64,000 nucleotides of DNA from contig MU061579.1 in assembly GCA_013265495.1 (NCBI GenBank), positions 3,851,749-3,915,748 of the forward strand. The letters run 5' to 3'. Position 1 is the first letter of the stretch; every line of letters starts with the position of its first letter. Shown here piece by piece: positions 25,513-38,700 of the stretch. A program made the position numbers and the translations under genes. Source of the stretch: Vicugna vicugna (taxonomy: Eukaryota). The notes under the pieces were generated by a model. The model was not told the DNA's origin. It made no database searches and was given only the letters and a program-made list of their open reading frames with translations.

Positions 25513-26151
25513 GTGTGGAACCCGGGAACCTGGCTATGTGGCATCCAGTTCTCTGTATGACTTGTCCTCTAGCCATTCAGGCCCTACCCTGTAGGGGAGC
25601 TGATGATTACTATTGTTAGGTGAGAGGCTGTGCAATGTCTCTGGGTAGCTGATAGGCAATGGGAAGACAATGTTGGTGATGGGTAGTGTTTTTCTGGTGG
25701 TTACCCAGCTTACTATGTTCAGAGTCCTCTGTTCTCAGCCTATAAGCCTTGTGGATTCTCTGATTTAGTCTAGGGGTCAAGAAAATCCAATATACTAGTA
25801 ACCAGTGGCTTTCTAACTCTAGTAGGTGAGAATTTGTTGTCCTGGTACCCAGCTGTGTCTTGGTATTCCCCTCCCCCAAACAGTGAAGAATTATGTCTCG
25901 ATATCTAAGCTGAAACACAACAGGTATAAAGAAAGAACTGGGACATGGGCAGGTCAGGAGGGGAACCGCGCTTCAGGGCACTTCTTAGGATTATGAAAGA
26001 AACATTGCCATATATTTACATTTCTGGAAGAATACAGTGAAGCAACTGATTAAAGTCATCCCTAGTCAGTTTTATAGAGGCAAGAAGATGTACTTTTCAC
26101 TGTATACCCATTTTTTAAATTGAAGTATAGTTGATTTACAATATTATATTA

Positions 26152-26335
26152 TTTTTTTTTACATTTTTATTGATTCATAATCATTTTACAGTGTTGTGTC
26201 AAATTCCAGTGTTCAGCACAATTTTTCAGTCATTCATGGACATATACACACTCATTGTCACTTTTTTTTTCTGTGATTTATCATAACATCTTGTGTATAT
26301 TTCCCTGTGCTATACAGTGTAATCTTGTTTATCTA
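26152..26335 (-). mobile_element. Short young L1 3' end nested in the older L1
   Basis: T-tract followed by acatttttattgattcataatcattttacagtgttgtgtcaaattccagtg...; nearly identical to 59581-59756. Confidence 0.92.
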
Positions 26336-26714
26336 GGTGTACAACGTAACAATTCAAAATTTTCATAGGTTATATTTCACTTAAAGTTATTACAAAATAA
26401 TGGCTACATTTCCCTGTGCTGTACAATCTATCCGTCTTGTTTTATTGATAGTAGTTTGTATCTCTTAATCCCATACCCCTATCTTGCCCTGTCCCCCTTC
26501 CCTCTCCCTACTAGCTTGGTCTCTGTATCTGTGAAAAGCCTGTTTGTTTTTTATATACATTTATTTGTTTTATTTCTTTAGATTCTACATCTAAGTGATA
26601 ACATATAGTATTTGTCTTTCTCTGACATTTCACTAAGCATAATACTCCCTAGGTCCATCCCATTTTTGAGAATGGCAGAATCTCATTCTTCTTTATGGCT
26701 GAGTAACCTTCCAT

Positions 26715-26751
26715 TGTGTGTATGCGTATGTGTGTGTGTGTGTGTGTGTGT
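26715..26751. repeat. (TG)n microsatellite inside L1
   Basis: tgtgtgtatgcgtatgtgtgtgtgtgtgtgtgtgtgt. Confidence 0.9.
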
Positions 26752-28059
26752 AACACATCTTCCTTACCTAATCATCTGTTGGTGAACACTTAGCTTGATT
26801 CTGTAATTAGCTATTATAAATAATGCTGTTATGAACATTGGATATATGTATCTTTTTGAATTAGTGTTTTCATTTTCTTCTGATATATATTCAGGACTGG
26901 AATTGCTGGACAGTATAGTAGTTCTGATTTTCGTTTTTTGAGGAACGTCCATACTGTTCCAGTGGTTGCACCAATTTACATTCCCGCCAGTAGTGTACGA
27001 GGGTTCCCTTTTCTCTACGTCCTCACCAACATTTGTTATTTGTAGATTTTTTTATGATAACCATTCTGACAGGTGTGAGGTAATATCTCATTATGATTTT
27101 GACTTGCATTTCCCTAATAATTAGTGATGTTGTACATTTTTTAATGTGCTTATTGGCCATCTGTATATCTTTTTTGGAAAAAAAATGTCTATTCAGGTCT
27201 TTTACCCATTTTTAAATTGGATATATTTTTTTGATATTAAGATGCACGAGCTGTTTACATATTTTGTATTTTAACCCCCTATCAATCATATAATTTGCAA
27301 ATGTTTTCTCCCATTCAGTATGTTGTCTTTTTATTTTGTCTATGGATTCCTTTGCTGTGCAAAAAAGTTTTAACTTTGATTAAGTCCCATTTGTTCATTT
27401 TTGCTTTTATTTTTCTGGATCTGCTTCCTAAGGCATTACATACCTATTTTTATAGTTTGAAACTTTAAAAATAATTTCTATGCATTAATTTTATAACAAA
27501 AAAGCCCTCAATTTAAAAAGTACTGATTAGATTCAATACTAAATATCACATTGAAAATGAAACCAATCTAAATTGTTTGAGGTAAAAGTAAGAATATGTG
27601 TGTTTTAAGGCATATTGTGATGTGTCAAACAAATAAGTAAAGTTAACTTTAAGCAGCTTAAATAGAAAATAGTAACACAGGGAACAGAGCTTGCTAATAT
27701 TTTGTGGAAAATGTTTGTTAGGCCAGTTTACAAAGCACATTAAGAAAAACAAATCAAGATGGACCACATGACTTTCTTATAATTTTTTCATAAGAAGAGA
27801 AAATAATCTCTATTTTTTACTTTCCTTTATAAAGCATGTCTATAAAGCAATCATATTATATATTATCAATTCTGTGAACTTAAATGTAACTGTTTGAATT
27901 GAAAGCTTTATATTTAAAAAATAAGAACAAGTAGGCAGAGACAAACATTTCTCAAAGTCCCTATGAGAAAACTTCTCTGTAGTAGGAAGGATCTACACAA
28001 ACTGTTCACTTTTTCAATATGCTAAAGTGACCTATAAAAGTCTATATTCCTGATAGTAA

Positions 28060-29350
28060 AGTAATGAATTCAGGGATGTACACATCCTACAATCATTTCA
28101 GCATACCTCCTTTCTGCTTGAAATTTCATCTTCTCATCTCTTAAGGGCTTCATTCCTCACATATTCTTTTTACATTATCATCTTTATTCTCCTCTGACTC
28201 CCTCTGAATAACATAAAACATGCCCTTTCCTCCAACAAATTGCTTGTTTGACCCCTACACTTACCACTAAATTTCCTGCCCTCTTCAGAGAAAATACCCT
28301 CAAAATAACTGTGGACTTTTTCTCCATGTTCTTTACTCCCTGAGTACACTTCTCAAGGCTACTAATGATTTTTGCATAATCTGACAGTTTGTTTCTCCCA
28401 TCACCTTGGAAGCCGACTGCTCTTGGCTTTCCTAAGACAACATTCTTCTGGTTTTTCTCCTCATTAAAATGTTTCTCCTCCTCTGTCCACTTTGTCAGCT
28501 TCCTCTTCTTTGCTCAACTTCTAAATACTGGAAAGCTTGTTCCTGGACCAGCTTCTCTTCTTTACTTTCATTCTGAGGTAATATAATCCTTTCTCATGGA
28601 GGTGAAGGCCATCTAAATCAATGGACAGATCGAGTTCATACTAAATATCCCCTCAAACACTTGATATTTCCACTTAAGCTCTGCTAGGCACCTCAAACTT
28701 AACCAGAACCATTTTACTCTCCTCCAATCTCTCTCTCTCCTAGGATAGGGGGCCAACTTCTGCCCAGTAGCACACACACACAAATATCACCTTGATTTTT
28801 CTTATTCCTTATACCCCCTCATTCTTCATAGCCTCTCCAACAGTGAGATGGCTTTACCTCCAAAAAACAACCTAGCTCTTTGTATTTTCTCCATCCTTAC
28901 TACTCATTTAAGTTACCCTCACCTCCCTATCTCTAGGTGTCCCTTCTCAGTTGATTTTCCACATGGGAGGCATAGGAAACTTTAAGAAATGTAAAAGAGT
29001 ATATGATTCTTCTTTACTTAAAATCTCCTAAAGTTTTATCATGTATCATAGAATAAAATCTAAAATCCCTCCCTTAGCCTATAAGATTCTACATGATCTG
29101 CCAGTTGCTTACTTCATCGACCTCATCTCGAACCCTTTTGTTCCTCATCACCTAATTCCTATTAGGTTGTCTTTCCTATTGTTCTGAAACCTACTGAATT
29201 GTTACTTCTTTGTAACATTTACCTTTACCATACTATTCTTTGCCTAAAAAACTCATCCTGAAACAGCCTAGAAAGCTGTTTGCACAGCTGATTACTCTTG
29301 TTATTTACTTAAAATGGCATTACCTTACAACCCAATTTTAACCAGCTTCC
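28060..29350 (+). mobile_element. L2 fragment(s)
   Basis: cttggctttcctaagacaacattcttctggtttttctcc..ggcacctcaaacttaac..agaataaaatctaaaatcc..ctacatgatctg. Confidence 0.8.
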
Positions 29351-30299
29351 CACACATACATCCAACTACCTACTCTTAAATGCAAGTCCTTATTGATAGA
29401 TGGTCAAAGTCTATGATAACAATTAGGAGACATGAGAAAGCTAATTTTTTACAAACTTAAAAGATCTTGAGGCTTCCAGCATTGCAGCCTTTTTTTTTTT
29501 TGCTCTTTTGTTTTCATCTTAGTATTATCCTCTCTTTAAAGTTGACAAATTCTCTTTTTTCTTTCAAGAATACCATGTTTAAGGGAAATTACAGCTTGAC
29601 TTTCTTAAGTCCTAAAGAATGACCTGAATAGATAACCAACACACAGCAGGTACCTAATGATAAATTCTGATTCTGCATTCATGTCAAATTAGCTATGCTC
29701 CTCTTCATCTTGTCACACTCCAACTTCATATGAAGCAACAAAAAATGGAGTGATGTTATGAAATAGGTGACTTCAGGTCATATTATGAATAAATAACCTC
29801 TTAATTTCACCTTCTGCACATAGTTTAAGAAAGTTGGTCATTCTCAAAGTACATGTTTTCTATAGAAGTTGGCATTTAATTTGGACATTATACTAACACA
29901 TCTTCTTATGAGTTTGATAAAAAAAATTAGAATTTGCCTTTTTACTGTCCACCTCAGGTAACATTTAGGGCCGTAAGTGTGAAAATGAATGGACTAAAGT
30001 TAGGAAGTGACAGTCACACTAACCAAAATTCCAGTAACAGGCTTTTAAGAGATGTGCCTAGTGATTTACAAATACTGTAGCAAGTGGAAAATTCTAGGAA
30101 ATGTATGCCATTCCTAATCTTCCCAATCCCTATGCACATGGTGTCGATGGTAATGTCAGTCATAACGACTGCTTGTCCTCTGCATGTAGGGGTGACTCTG
30201 TGATACAGGGCTGGCCACTGGGGCACACAAACCACTTTATCCATATTAGTGATTCATGCACACTGTGAACAAAAGACTCAGGCAAAGCCAGATAATTCA

Positions 30300-30420
30300 T
30301 AACACATACACACAAGCATATATACAAACATACATGAATATGTGCACTGTACTTATGTGTATACACATTTATAATTACATATGCATGCACACATATTTGA
30401 ACATGCAGGCATGCATGTGA

Positions 30421-30450
<30 letters not shown>
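30300..30450. repeat. Low-complexity alternating purine-pyrimidine tract ending in (CA)n
   Basis: catacacacaagcatatatacaaacatacatg...gcacacacacacacacacacacacacacat. Confidence 0.85.
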
Positions 30451-30452
<2 letters not shown>

Positions 30453-30849
30453 TCTAGAAGAGAGAGGGAAGTTGCCAAATTGGCAAACAGAAAGAATCAT
30501 GTATCTCTGGAGGTACTGCTCTCATCTTAGCATCAGGTGGAAAAAGCCTGCTGGGAAGCAAAGTCAACACAGAAGCAGGCAGTCCTGGGAGACAGAAAGA
30601 ACACTGAAATCATGAACATCCAACACCATTAACATTTCTCAGCCTCAGGCTCCACCTGTGTGGAAGGCAAACTACCTGCCCTCCCCTCCTGACCATCTCA
30701 GTCATGATTCAATGTATCAGCCACTCAAAGAGCTCTTCTTACTAGCACTTGTGCTTACATTCGTTTATTACTATCAGCTAATTAAATTTCCTTTAAATGT
30801 TTGTCTTCAATAGTTAAAATAGGATTCTTATAAATATAAAAAGACAGTT

Positions 30850-31060
30850 GATCTATGTTGAGAATATTCTATGTGCAGACCTAGCTATGTACTATGTAGA
30901 TCTGTCTCATAGAAACTTCATGTAACCATGTGGTTACTGTCATCTAAATTTACAAATGATGTAATTGAGGCTTAGAGAGTTAGAGACACATGCCCAAGGT
31001 CAGAAAGCTTGTAAATGGTAATTCTCAGGTCCATGTGTCTCAGAAGTAAGTTAGACTACC
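30850..31060 (-). mobile_element. MIR SINE
   Basis: aatttacaaatgatgtaattgaggcttagagagtt..tgcccaaggtca. Confidence 0.75.
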
Positions 31061-31139
31061 TCTTTGTAGTACATGAAAAGCGTATTTGTACTATTAGGGA
31101 GAGATAATTACATATATCTCCACTTATCCAAAATATTTA

Positions 31140-31660
31140 TAGTTAAGCAGAACTGATACTAACATCTAAAAGCCTTCCAGAATAAATTATCCTCAAATGA
31201 GTACATTAATGATTCAAATATAAAACCTGCTATAAAAGAAAGAAGACCAATTTGTAAACTATTTCAAAGGTAAAAACATCCTTCTTAATATAGAGGATAT
31301 TAAACTTTAAAGCTCTCATTAAATATTTAAAAGTCATAAAGTTAAAAGAATTTCTTAACTATTTTAGCAAGTTGAAGAACTATCTTAGAGATAATTGGAG
31401 GAATCAAATAAAGTGAGAAATTACAAAGGGTTAAATAATTCATAAATAGAACAGAATTTTAGGAAAAAAAGGCACATTTTAATAATGTATATATTTTAAT
31501 GAATTGTGTGTCCTTTTAAAGTATATGAAATTCATTCTAACAAAAATATTAAAATTATATCATTTCTCATGAGAAAAATTCTTGTGAAATTAGAAATGTA
31601 CATACATAATAGATATCACTTAATTGCATCATTTATGAAATGAAATTATATTGACATAAG
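31140..31660 (+). mobile_element. Very old L1 (L1ME-like) ORF2/3' fragment
   Basis: A-rich, with degraded L1 phrases (attcaaatataaaacctgctataaaag; attgcatcatttat). Confidence 0.4.
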
Positions 31661-31956
31661 ATAGTTTCATAATACATATCAGCTACACCTATATTTTGTA
31701 CAGGTATCAAACAATCTCTCACAAATCAGGGGAAAGATCATGAAGTCACCATGACAGAGTAACCATACTGCTCTTTAAAATAATACCATTGTGTAAGAAA
31801 CACTTGCTACTTTGAAGAAAGAGACAGCTATTTGGAAATGTAGTGAAATATCTGAGTTCCTAACGTATATGTTTTTACCCCAGGAGTCAATATAGGAATA
31901 TCAATTTCTTACAGAATCCCACAGTAAGTAACATTTGAATGTAAATAGCCGATTCC

Positions 31957-33451
31957 TGTTTAATAAATTATGCTTGGGAAAACTGGATAAACACACGCAA
32001 AAGAATGAACTTGGCCCCCTGTCTTTCATCATACACAAAAAATCAATTCAAAATGGATTAAAGACTTACAGATAAGACCTGAAACCACAAGACTTCCAGA
32101 AAAATACACAGGGATTAAGCTTCTAGACATTTCCTTGCAATGATTTTATGAATTTGACACTAAAAACAAAGGTGACAGAAGCAAAAATAAACAAGTGGGA
32201 TTATGTCAAACTAAAAAGCTTCTATAAAGTATAGGAAATATCAACAAGATACAAAGGAAGCCTATAGACTGGCAGAAAATATTTCCAAATGATATCCAAT
32301 AAGAGGTTAGTATCCAATATATACAAGGAACTCATACAACTCAATAGTAAAAACACACACACACAAAAACAAACAAACCAAAAACAAAAACAAAACAAAA
32401 AAACCCCAAAAACCTCAAAAAAATCCCCCCAAATACACACATTAATTTGATTTTAAAAATGGGCAAAGAACCTAAATAGACATTTTTCCAAAGAAAACAC
32501 ACAAATGGCTAATAGATACATGAAAAGATGCTCAACATTACTAACCATCAGAGAAATGCTGATCAAATCCACAGTGAGATATTATCTACTGACTGTTAGG
32601 ATGTCTATTATGAAAAAAATTAGAGACAACAAATGCTGGCCAGAACGTGGAGAAAAGGGAACGCTTTTTCACTATTGGTGAGAATGTGAACTGGTACAGC
32701 CACATGGAAAACAGTATGGAAGGCCTTCAGGAAATTAAAAATAGAACTACCATATGATCCAGCAATCCCAGTTCTAGGTAAATATCTCCGTAAGAAATTA
32801 AATCACTATCTTGAAAAGCATCTGTACTCCCATCTTCATTGCAGCATTATTCATAATAGCCAAGGTACAGAAACAACTTAAGTGCCCATGGAGAGATAGA
32901 TGGATAAAGAAAATGTGATATATATATGCAATGGAGTATTATTCAGACATAAAAAAGGAATTCCTGCCATTTGCGACAACATAGAGGGACCTTGAGGGCA
33001 TTATGCTAATCAAAATAAGTCAGTGAAAGATAATTGCTGTATGCTATCACTTATATGTAGAATCTTTAAAAAAAGAAAAAGAAAAAGAACACATAGAAAC
33101 AGAGTAGGATGCTGTTTGCCAGGGTCTGGGATGTAGGGAATAGGGAGAGGTTGGTAAAAGGCTATAAAGTTTCAATTATAATTCTAAAGTCTAAGAATCT
33201 AATGTACAATGTGAAGTTTGCAGTTGATAATACTGTATCATATAGCTGAAATTTGCTAAGAAAGTAGGACCTGTACTCTCACCAAAAAAAAAAAGGGGGA
33301 AATATGTGAGGTGACTGATGTGTTTATGAACTGGGTGGTGGGAATCCTTTCATAACGTATATAGGTATCAAAAAATTCCCTTGTATACTCTAGATATATT
33401 ACAATTTAATTGTGAACTATACCTTAATAGAGGTGGAAAAATAAATAAAAA
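31957..33451 (+). mobile_element. 5'-truncated L1 (L1MA-type) ORF2 C-terminus + 3' UTR
   Basis: gggaaaactggata..aaaatggattaaagactta..atagaactaccatatgatccagcaatccca..ctgccatttgcgacaacat; 3' UTR ending ..ggaaaaataaataaaaa. Confidence 0.95.
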
Positions 33452-33599
33452 GCCATTCTCTTCTAGTTGCTGCTTCTTTTAAACAAAAGTATACACAGCA
33501 AGCAAGACTCAAGTAAACTTCATTTATATGAAAAAAGTGCTAAAGTTACATTAGGTAACCAAGGAGATACAGCAGTAGTAGCAGAAGTCAGCAAGCCCG

Positions 33600-33835
33600 T
33601 TCTTGAAGACTTCCCTCACCACTTCACACAAAGCCTACCTTGGTCAAGTGACTTTACATCTCTGTGCTTCAGTTTGCTCATTTATCAAGAAGAGATAGCA
33701 ATAGTGCTTACAATAAAAGGGTGCTGTGAAGCTAAAATGATTAATAAATATATCATATGAAATAAATAGAAAGCTTTCAGCAAAGGACCTAGAACATTGT
33801 TCTTAGGAGTTCAGTAAATATTTGTTATTACTCTC
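33600..33835 (+). mobile_element. MIR SINE
   Basis: ccttggtcaagtgactttacatctctgtgcttcagtttgctcatttatcaa..ataatagtgctt-like core. Confidence 0.82.
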
Positions 33836-34099
33836 ATTACAATTTAAGCAAGTGGATATGAAAGTGAACTAGAGAGTTAAGAAAATAAATGATTGTTACA
33901 AACTATATCTGAATTTCTTTAAACATTGAGAAGTATGTTTCCAATGTAGAAAATAATAGTGATTTTTTTCATTTCAGACAGTAAAATTCCACCTGTTTTT
34001 GAAGCTGATTGCCTATAATCTTGACTTCTATATGTCATGATTCTAGAACTTACAGTGTGGTATTTTTAAACTCTCCCTCTCAAAATTGGAAAACAATGT

Positions 34100-34830
34100 A
34101 AAGAATCCTCTCAAAAAGGCAGAGTTCAGAGTCAGTGAAGGTACAGTGAAGAAAGTGGTCAACTCTAGACAGAAAGCATACTGATTACATAATGTTGGAA
34201 CAAATCACAGTGTTAAGTGGAAATAAGATACCTGAACAAGGTGGAGCACTGAAAACAAGTATCACCGAATTTGGCAATTAGAATACCCATGGAACCTCAG
34301 TGAGACTAACTACATAATGGCTATAGGGACAATGGTAAGATTTTAAGCACAATGAGAAATAAATGGGAAAGGAAAGAAGTGGAAAAAAAAATTGAGGCAG
34401 CTATTTTTTCTTTTTCTTTTTTTTGTAATATTTGACAGTGAAAGGAAGGAAAGACCTGATGCTGACTAGAGGGGAAGATGCTGACAGATTTGCAAAGATG
34501 AAATGGTTTATTTAAGATTTTGAAAATGAGGAGAAAAAGTATATAATGGATGGATCATGGTTCCAGAGGTGACACCAAACAATGGCATCAAAAGTCCACA
34601 TCTTGAACAGGAGCAGGGGTAGCTTATCTCTTGAGACTACAGGGGAAGAAATACGAATATTTGAGGATACAGGTAATGGAGAGTGTGAGTTCTAGAGACT
34701 TTTAGATGTTTGATGAGAAACTGCTTTTTCTGGAAAATTAGATGTGCTGTCATCTCCTGTGTGTAAAGGCAGCAGAGGTTATGGACAAAAGCTTGAGTTA
34801 AATGGTAATGATTAAAAATGGCTTATAAGC
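34100..34830 (-). mobile_element. Degraded L2
   Basis: gaatttggcaattagaa..acctcagtgaga..tgacagtgaaaggaaggaaaga. Confidence 0.55.
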
Positions 34831-34869
34831 AAAACAGGGCAGAAAATAAACCAAGTAAAATAATTAGTA

Positions 34870-35330
34870 GATCTATATTGACACTTGAAATATCCATGTC
34901 TTCCTTATCCTGAAATTCTATCTGCAGGTATTTGCTCTAAAGCAGTAACCTGAAACATAGAAAAAAATCTGAATATATATTTATATGATATAAACCTTTC
35001 TTGAGAAAAATTAGAAATAATGTCAGTATCAAAAACAGAAAAATGACTGAATTTTATGGATTGAGATATAATCATTATAACTTCTTAGAGTTTACAATGG
35101 TCTGGAAAAAATACTTGTACAATAGTAAGTTTAAATTAGACTATCAGACATGTGTGATATACACATCCTTAAAACATCAATAATAGAAGAAATATGTTAA
35201 AATGCCTTTAGGTAATGAGAATATATGCTTATTTATAAGTTTATTCTATAATTTTACATATTAATTTTCTACATTTGTGTTTTTCTTATTTTCTATACTG
35301 AAAATCAAGTACTATTGTAATAAGATTAAA
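34870..35330 (+). mobile_element. Old L1 (L1ME-like) 3' fragment
   Basis: atcctgaaattctatctgcaggtatttgctctaaa..tttttcttattttcta..tactattgtaataag. Confidence 0.5.
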
Positions 35331-35577
35331 TATACTTTGTGTTGAATTTATCCAAATGACAGGAGGACCCAATAAATTGCAGAAACTTAGATTTGTTAAA
35401 GCAGGACAGTAAGCTCCAAATTTGTGTGTTTATTCACTTCTGAGGTTACTACTTCACATATTCAAAGTCTCAATGTATCGTAAATTAAGGATTTGGGTGG
35501 AAAGTGAAAGAGAAAATCAAGTGGACCAAAAGGTTCATGGAACTGATCAAAGTAACACAGGTAATTAACCATATCAA

Positions 35578-35748
35578 AGCCTGTTTTTAAAACCTGAATA
35601 TGTACTGGACTGAATTCCTTAGGTATCTTTTAAAATGCAAAGTCCAGTTCAGTGGGTTGGACTGAGACTGGAGATTCTGCATTTCTAACAAATCCTCACT
35701 TGATGCTGATGCTGCAGTCAAGTGTGGACCATAATTTGAGTAACAAGG
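35578..35748. mobile_element. MER5-like hAT-Charlie MITE
   Basis: gagattctgcatttctaacaaatcctcacttgatgctgatgctgc..ggaccataatttgagtaacaagg. Confidence 0.8.
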
Positions 35749-38700
35749 ATCTAGCCTAGGTAAGAAATTAACTAGTAATTAATCAAGAATTAATCCTAAA
35801 TCTTTATGAAAGAGTCATTTGGATGCTTTCATATCATAGCAAGATAAAGTCAGAAGCATAAAACTCAAAGAAAAAGTGTTCTTGAGTCAAGGTTGTAGAG
35901 TAGTGGTTTGGAAGCAATCTTAAAGAGAGAGAGCTGTTTCCTCAAACTCAGAAGTAGTAACCTGAACATCTGGGCTAGCATAGCAAGCTGTGACATTTTC
36001 CTTTCTCTCTTTAATTTTAATTGATAAAAACAAACATATTATCAGCAGATGATTACTAGTATAATGAATGTGCTATCTAAGAAGAGTGAAAAAGCAGTTA
36101 ACTCTGCCCCATTAATCCTAGGCATAGATTTAATTGGGCCAGCGGAATGACAAAATAACTGGAAAAAAATCAAATTGTGATGGGTCACCTGCTGAAATCC
36201 TTAGAGGGATTTCTACAAGGCTCTTCATAGCTCAAATTCAACCTGTCTCTCTAACTGCATCTTTTGAAACCTCAACTACTTGCAGCCTTTAGATAAAAGC
36301 ATTTGTACCTGCTGGAGATTCAAGACATGAACTTTTAATTTCCCCTGCCTTTGTACATGGGTTTTCCTCTTCCTGAAACATTTTTTCTCTTTTGCAACAA
36401 TGTAAGTTCTATCCATCCCTTAACGGAGTTCTGAAATGCCACCTTTTATAGATGATAGCACAATGGATAAGGATTTGCACCTAGTTTGCATCAATCATCT
36501 TCCCCAAATAAGAATACAGCTACATCTAGATGACTCATACAATACCTTATGAACTAGCAGTTCCATTCTTGCACCAGGAAACTCAAAGTTTCCATAGAAG
36601 GACATGCTCATAATAGTATTGTTTGTGCAGAAGAATGTTGAAGGCTATAGAGATGAAAGAAACAAACAAAAATGTGCCAGAAACACACAAAGCAATAATC
36701 TGAATAGTCAAATTATATAATGAATTATATACACCTACAACATTTTCTCCTAGATTTTGAAGGTACATAATCTATCTACATAATAAAAAGTAACATATAT
36801 GTTCATCTTTACTGCTGAATGAATAAATAAGAAACAAACACAACCTATAACATAATGTCATATAAATTGAAACACATGAAAAACAGATTTTTCATTCAAG
36901 GACAAAAATATACACATTTGAGTGAGTACCTGTGATAAGAACAGGGAAGGCATGGAAATAATGTATGTAATTTCTTTTTTAAAAATATATATGTAATTTC
37001 TAATGCACAAAATCTTATCATTATAAATTATTTTCCCTCCAATCTTATTTCTCTCTCTCCTTCAATACCTTTTCTCTGGGTAGAATAGTTAATTAGTGAG
37101 ATCAGTGTCTCTGAAAAGATAATCTTCACAATAGTCATGTCACAGTCATCTGGAATACATGTCAGAAAAGCAGATAGCTAGACTGCTTTTCAGAAGTACT
37201 GAATTTGAATCTTTCCTAATAAAGCCTAGAAATGTATCTTTTGAATAAGCAACCAGATGTTATTTAGGAAAATATCTTTGGAAACCACCGACTTAAACTG
37301 TGGTGCAAATGAAATCAGACAGACACATGCAATGGACGTAATTCAGCATGAGATGCAGTCAGTCATTTCTGCCACTGATTAAACCTTGCATAGAGTAATT
37401 ACTCAATAAATAATTTGTTTGAAGAATGAATCAATGAATCAATGAATGAATGGCATTACTTCATAGAGGACAGACTACAGTAATAAAGTCTACTATAAAA
37501 ATATTTAAAATAAAACAGATAGATAACAATTTATACAATTATATAAAGCTCTAAGCTCATTTATTAAATAATCAATGCCAATAAATGTATTTATAATGAA
37601 TAAATATATATATACACGTATATGTATATGAGACACTTTTCCACTTTATAACAAAGTTGACAGTGTGCATGATTCCAGAAGACTAATTGCTAGGATAATG
37701 GCATGCATTTTGTCTGATGCTTATTTGCCTGAAATTTGCACTTTTTTTTAATACAACTTTTCTTAATATGATTGGTAGTCAATCTGGAGTAGGTTTGAGC
37801 CAGTCTTTGGAACCATAATCTGCCCATGACTATATGGGTCAAATTCACTGGGGAATTTATACTAGTTCAAGCAATTTGAAAATGTTCTTTCATTTGAATA
37901 GCTGTGTTCAAGCCCAGGACATGCTGGGACTTGCCATTTTGGCTGCCATCACAATTACCCCTATCAGTGTCTATGCACAGATGCTGAATGTGGGTAACTA
38001 TTACTGGCAGGTTATACTGGGCGGCTCATACAAATGAATAATCATTGGCTCATGATCACTTCAACTCCCCAGATCACTGGAATTGCCCAGCTGGGCTGAG
38101 TGGGAAATCTAGCTAATGAGACGGATTGTTTTTTCCTATTGCATAACATACAGGTTTTCACATAGCTGTCTTTTTAAAAGTTTACCTTGAATTTTTCAAT
38201 TTAAATGTTTTCATTCTTACCTTATTAATGAAAAATAATGTCATTATGCATATACTGTATGAGTAAGACAGACATTCAGTTAAGGATTTAAAAACATTTT
38301 GAAATTCACACTGAAACAGAACATTATTTTTCCTATGATATACTGTACAATTGCTGATGAATAGCATCAGTCCAGATGCTTACTGTGAAACTGCCACTCT
38401 TACACCATGGCTGCAATAAAATAAGGAACACAAAGACTGTTTCTAAAGCCGAACAGAAGTTCTGTTTTTGAATGACCCAATCTACAAATCAGCAGCTAAG
38501 CAACAAAGTAAACATCATTAGTGAGCTTTTCAGTCTATATTTACATTTTGCTACCTTTCCTCCATTCCATTTTACAAAGTTTCTGAGGATACAGCTTCCT
38601 CTTTAAATTGTCTGTGTACAATTTATTGGGCCATTAATATTAAAAGGAAATGTGCACCATATTGAGCAACTGTTAATTCACTATGAAGAAACATACAGGG

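Larger units (their letters stand above)
26110..27435 (-). mobile_element. 5'-truncated cetartiodactyl-type L1 (ORF2 end + 3' UTR) with a short 5' inversion; hosts a nested young L1
   Basis: ttgaagtatagttgatttacaatattatatt 3' end and antisense ORF2 C-terminus (ccattctgacaggtgtgagg..). Degenerate TSD atacc(c/t)attttt at ~26104-26115 and ~27440-27451. Confidence 0.93.
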
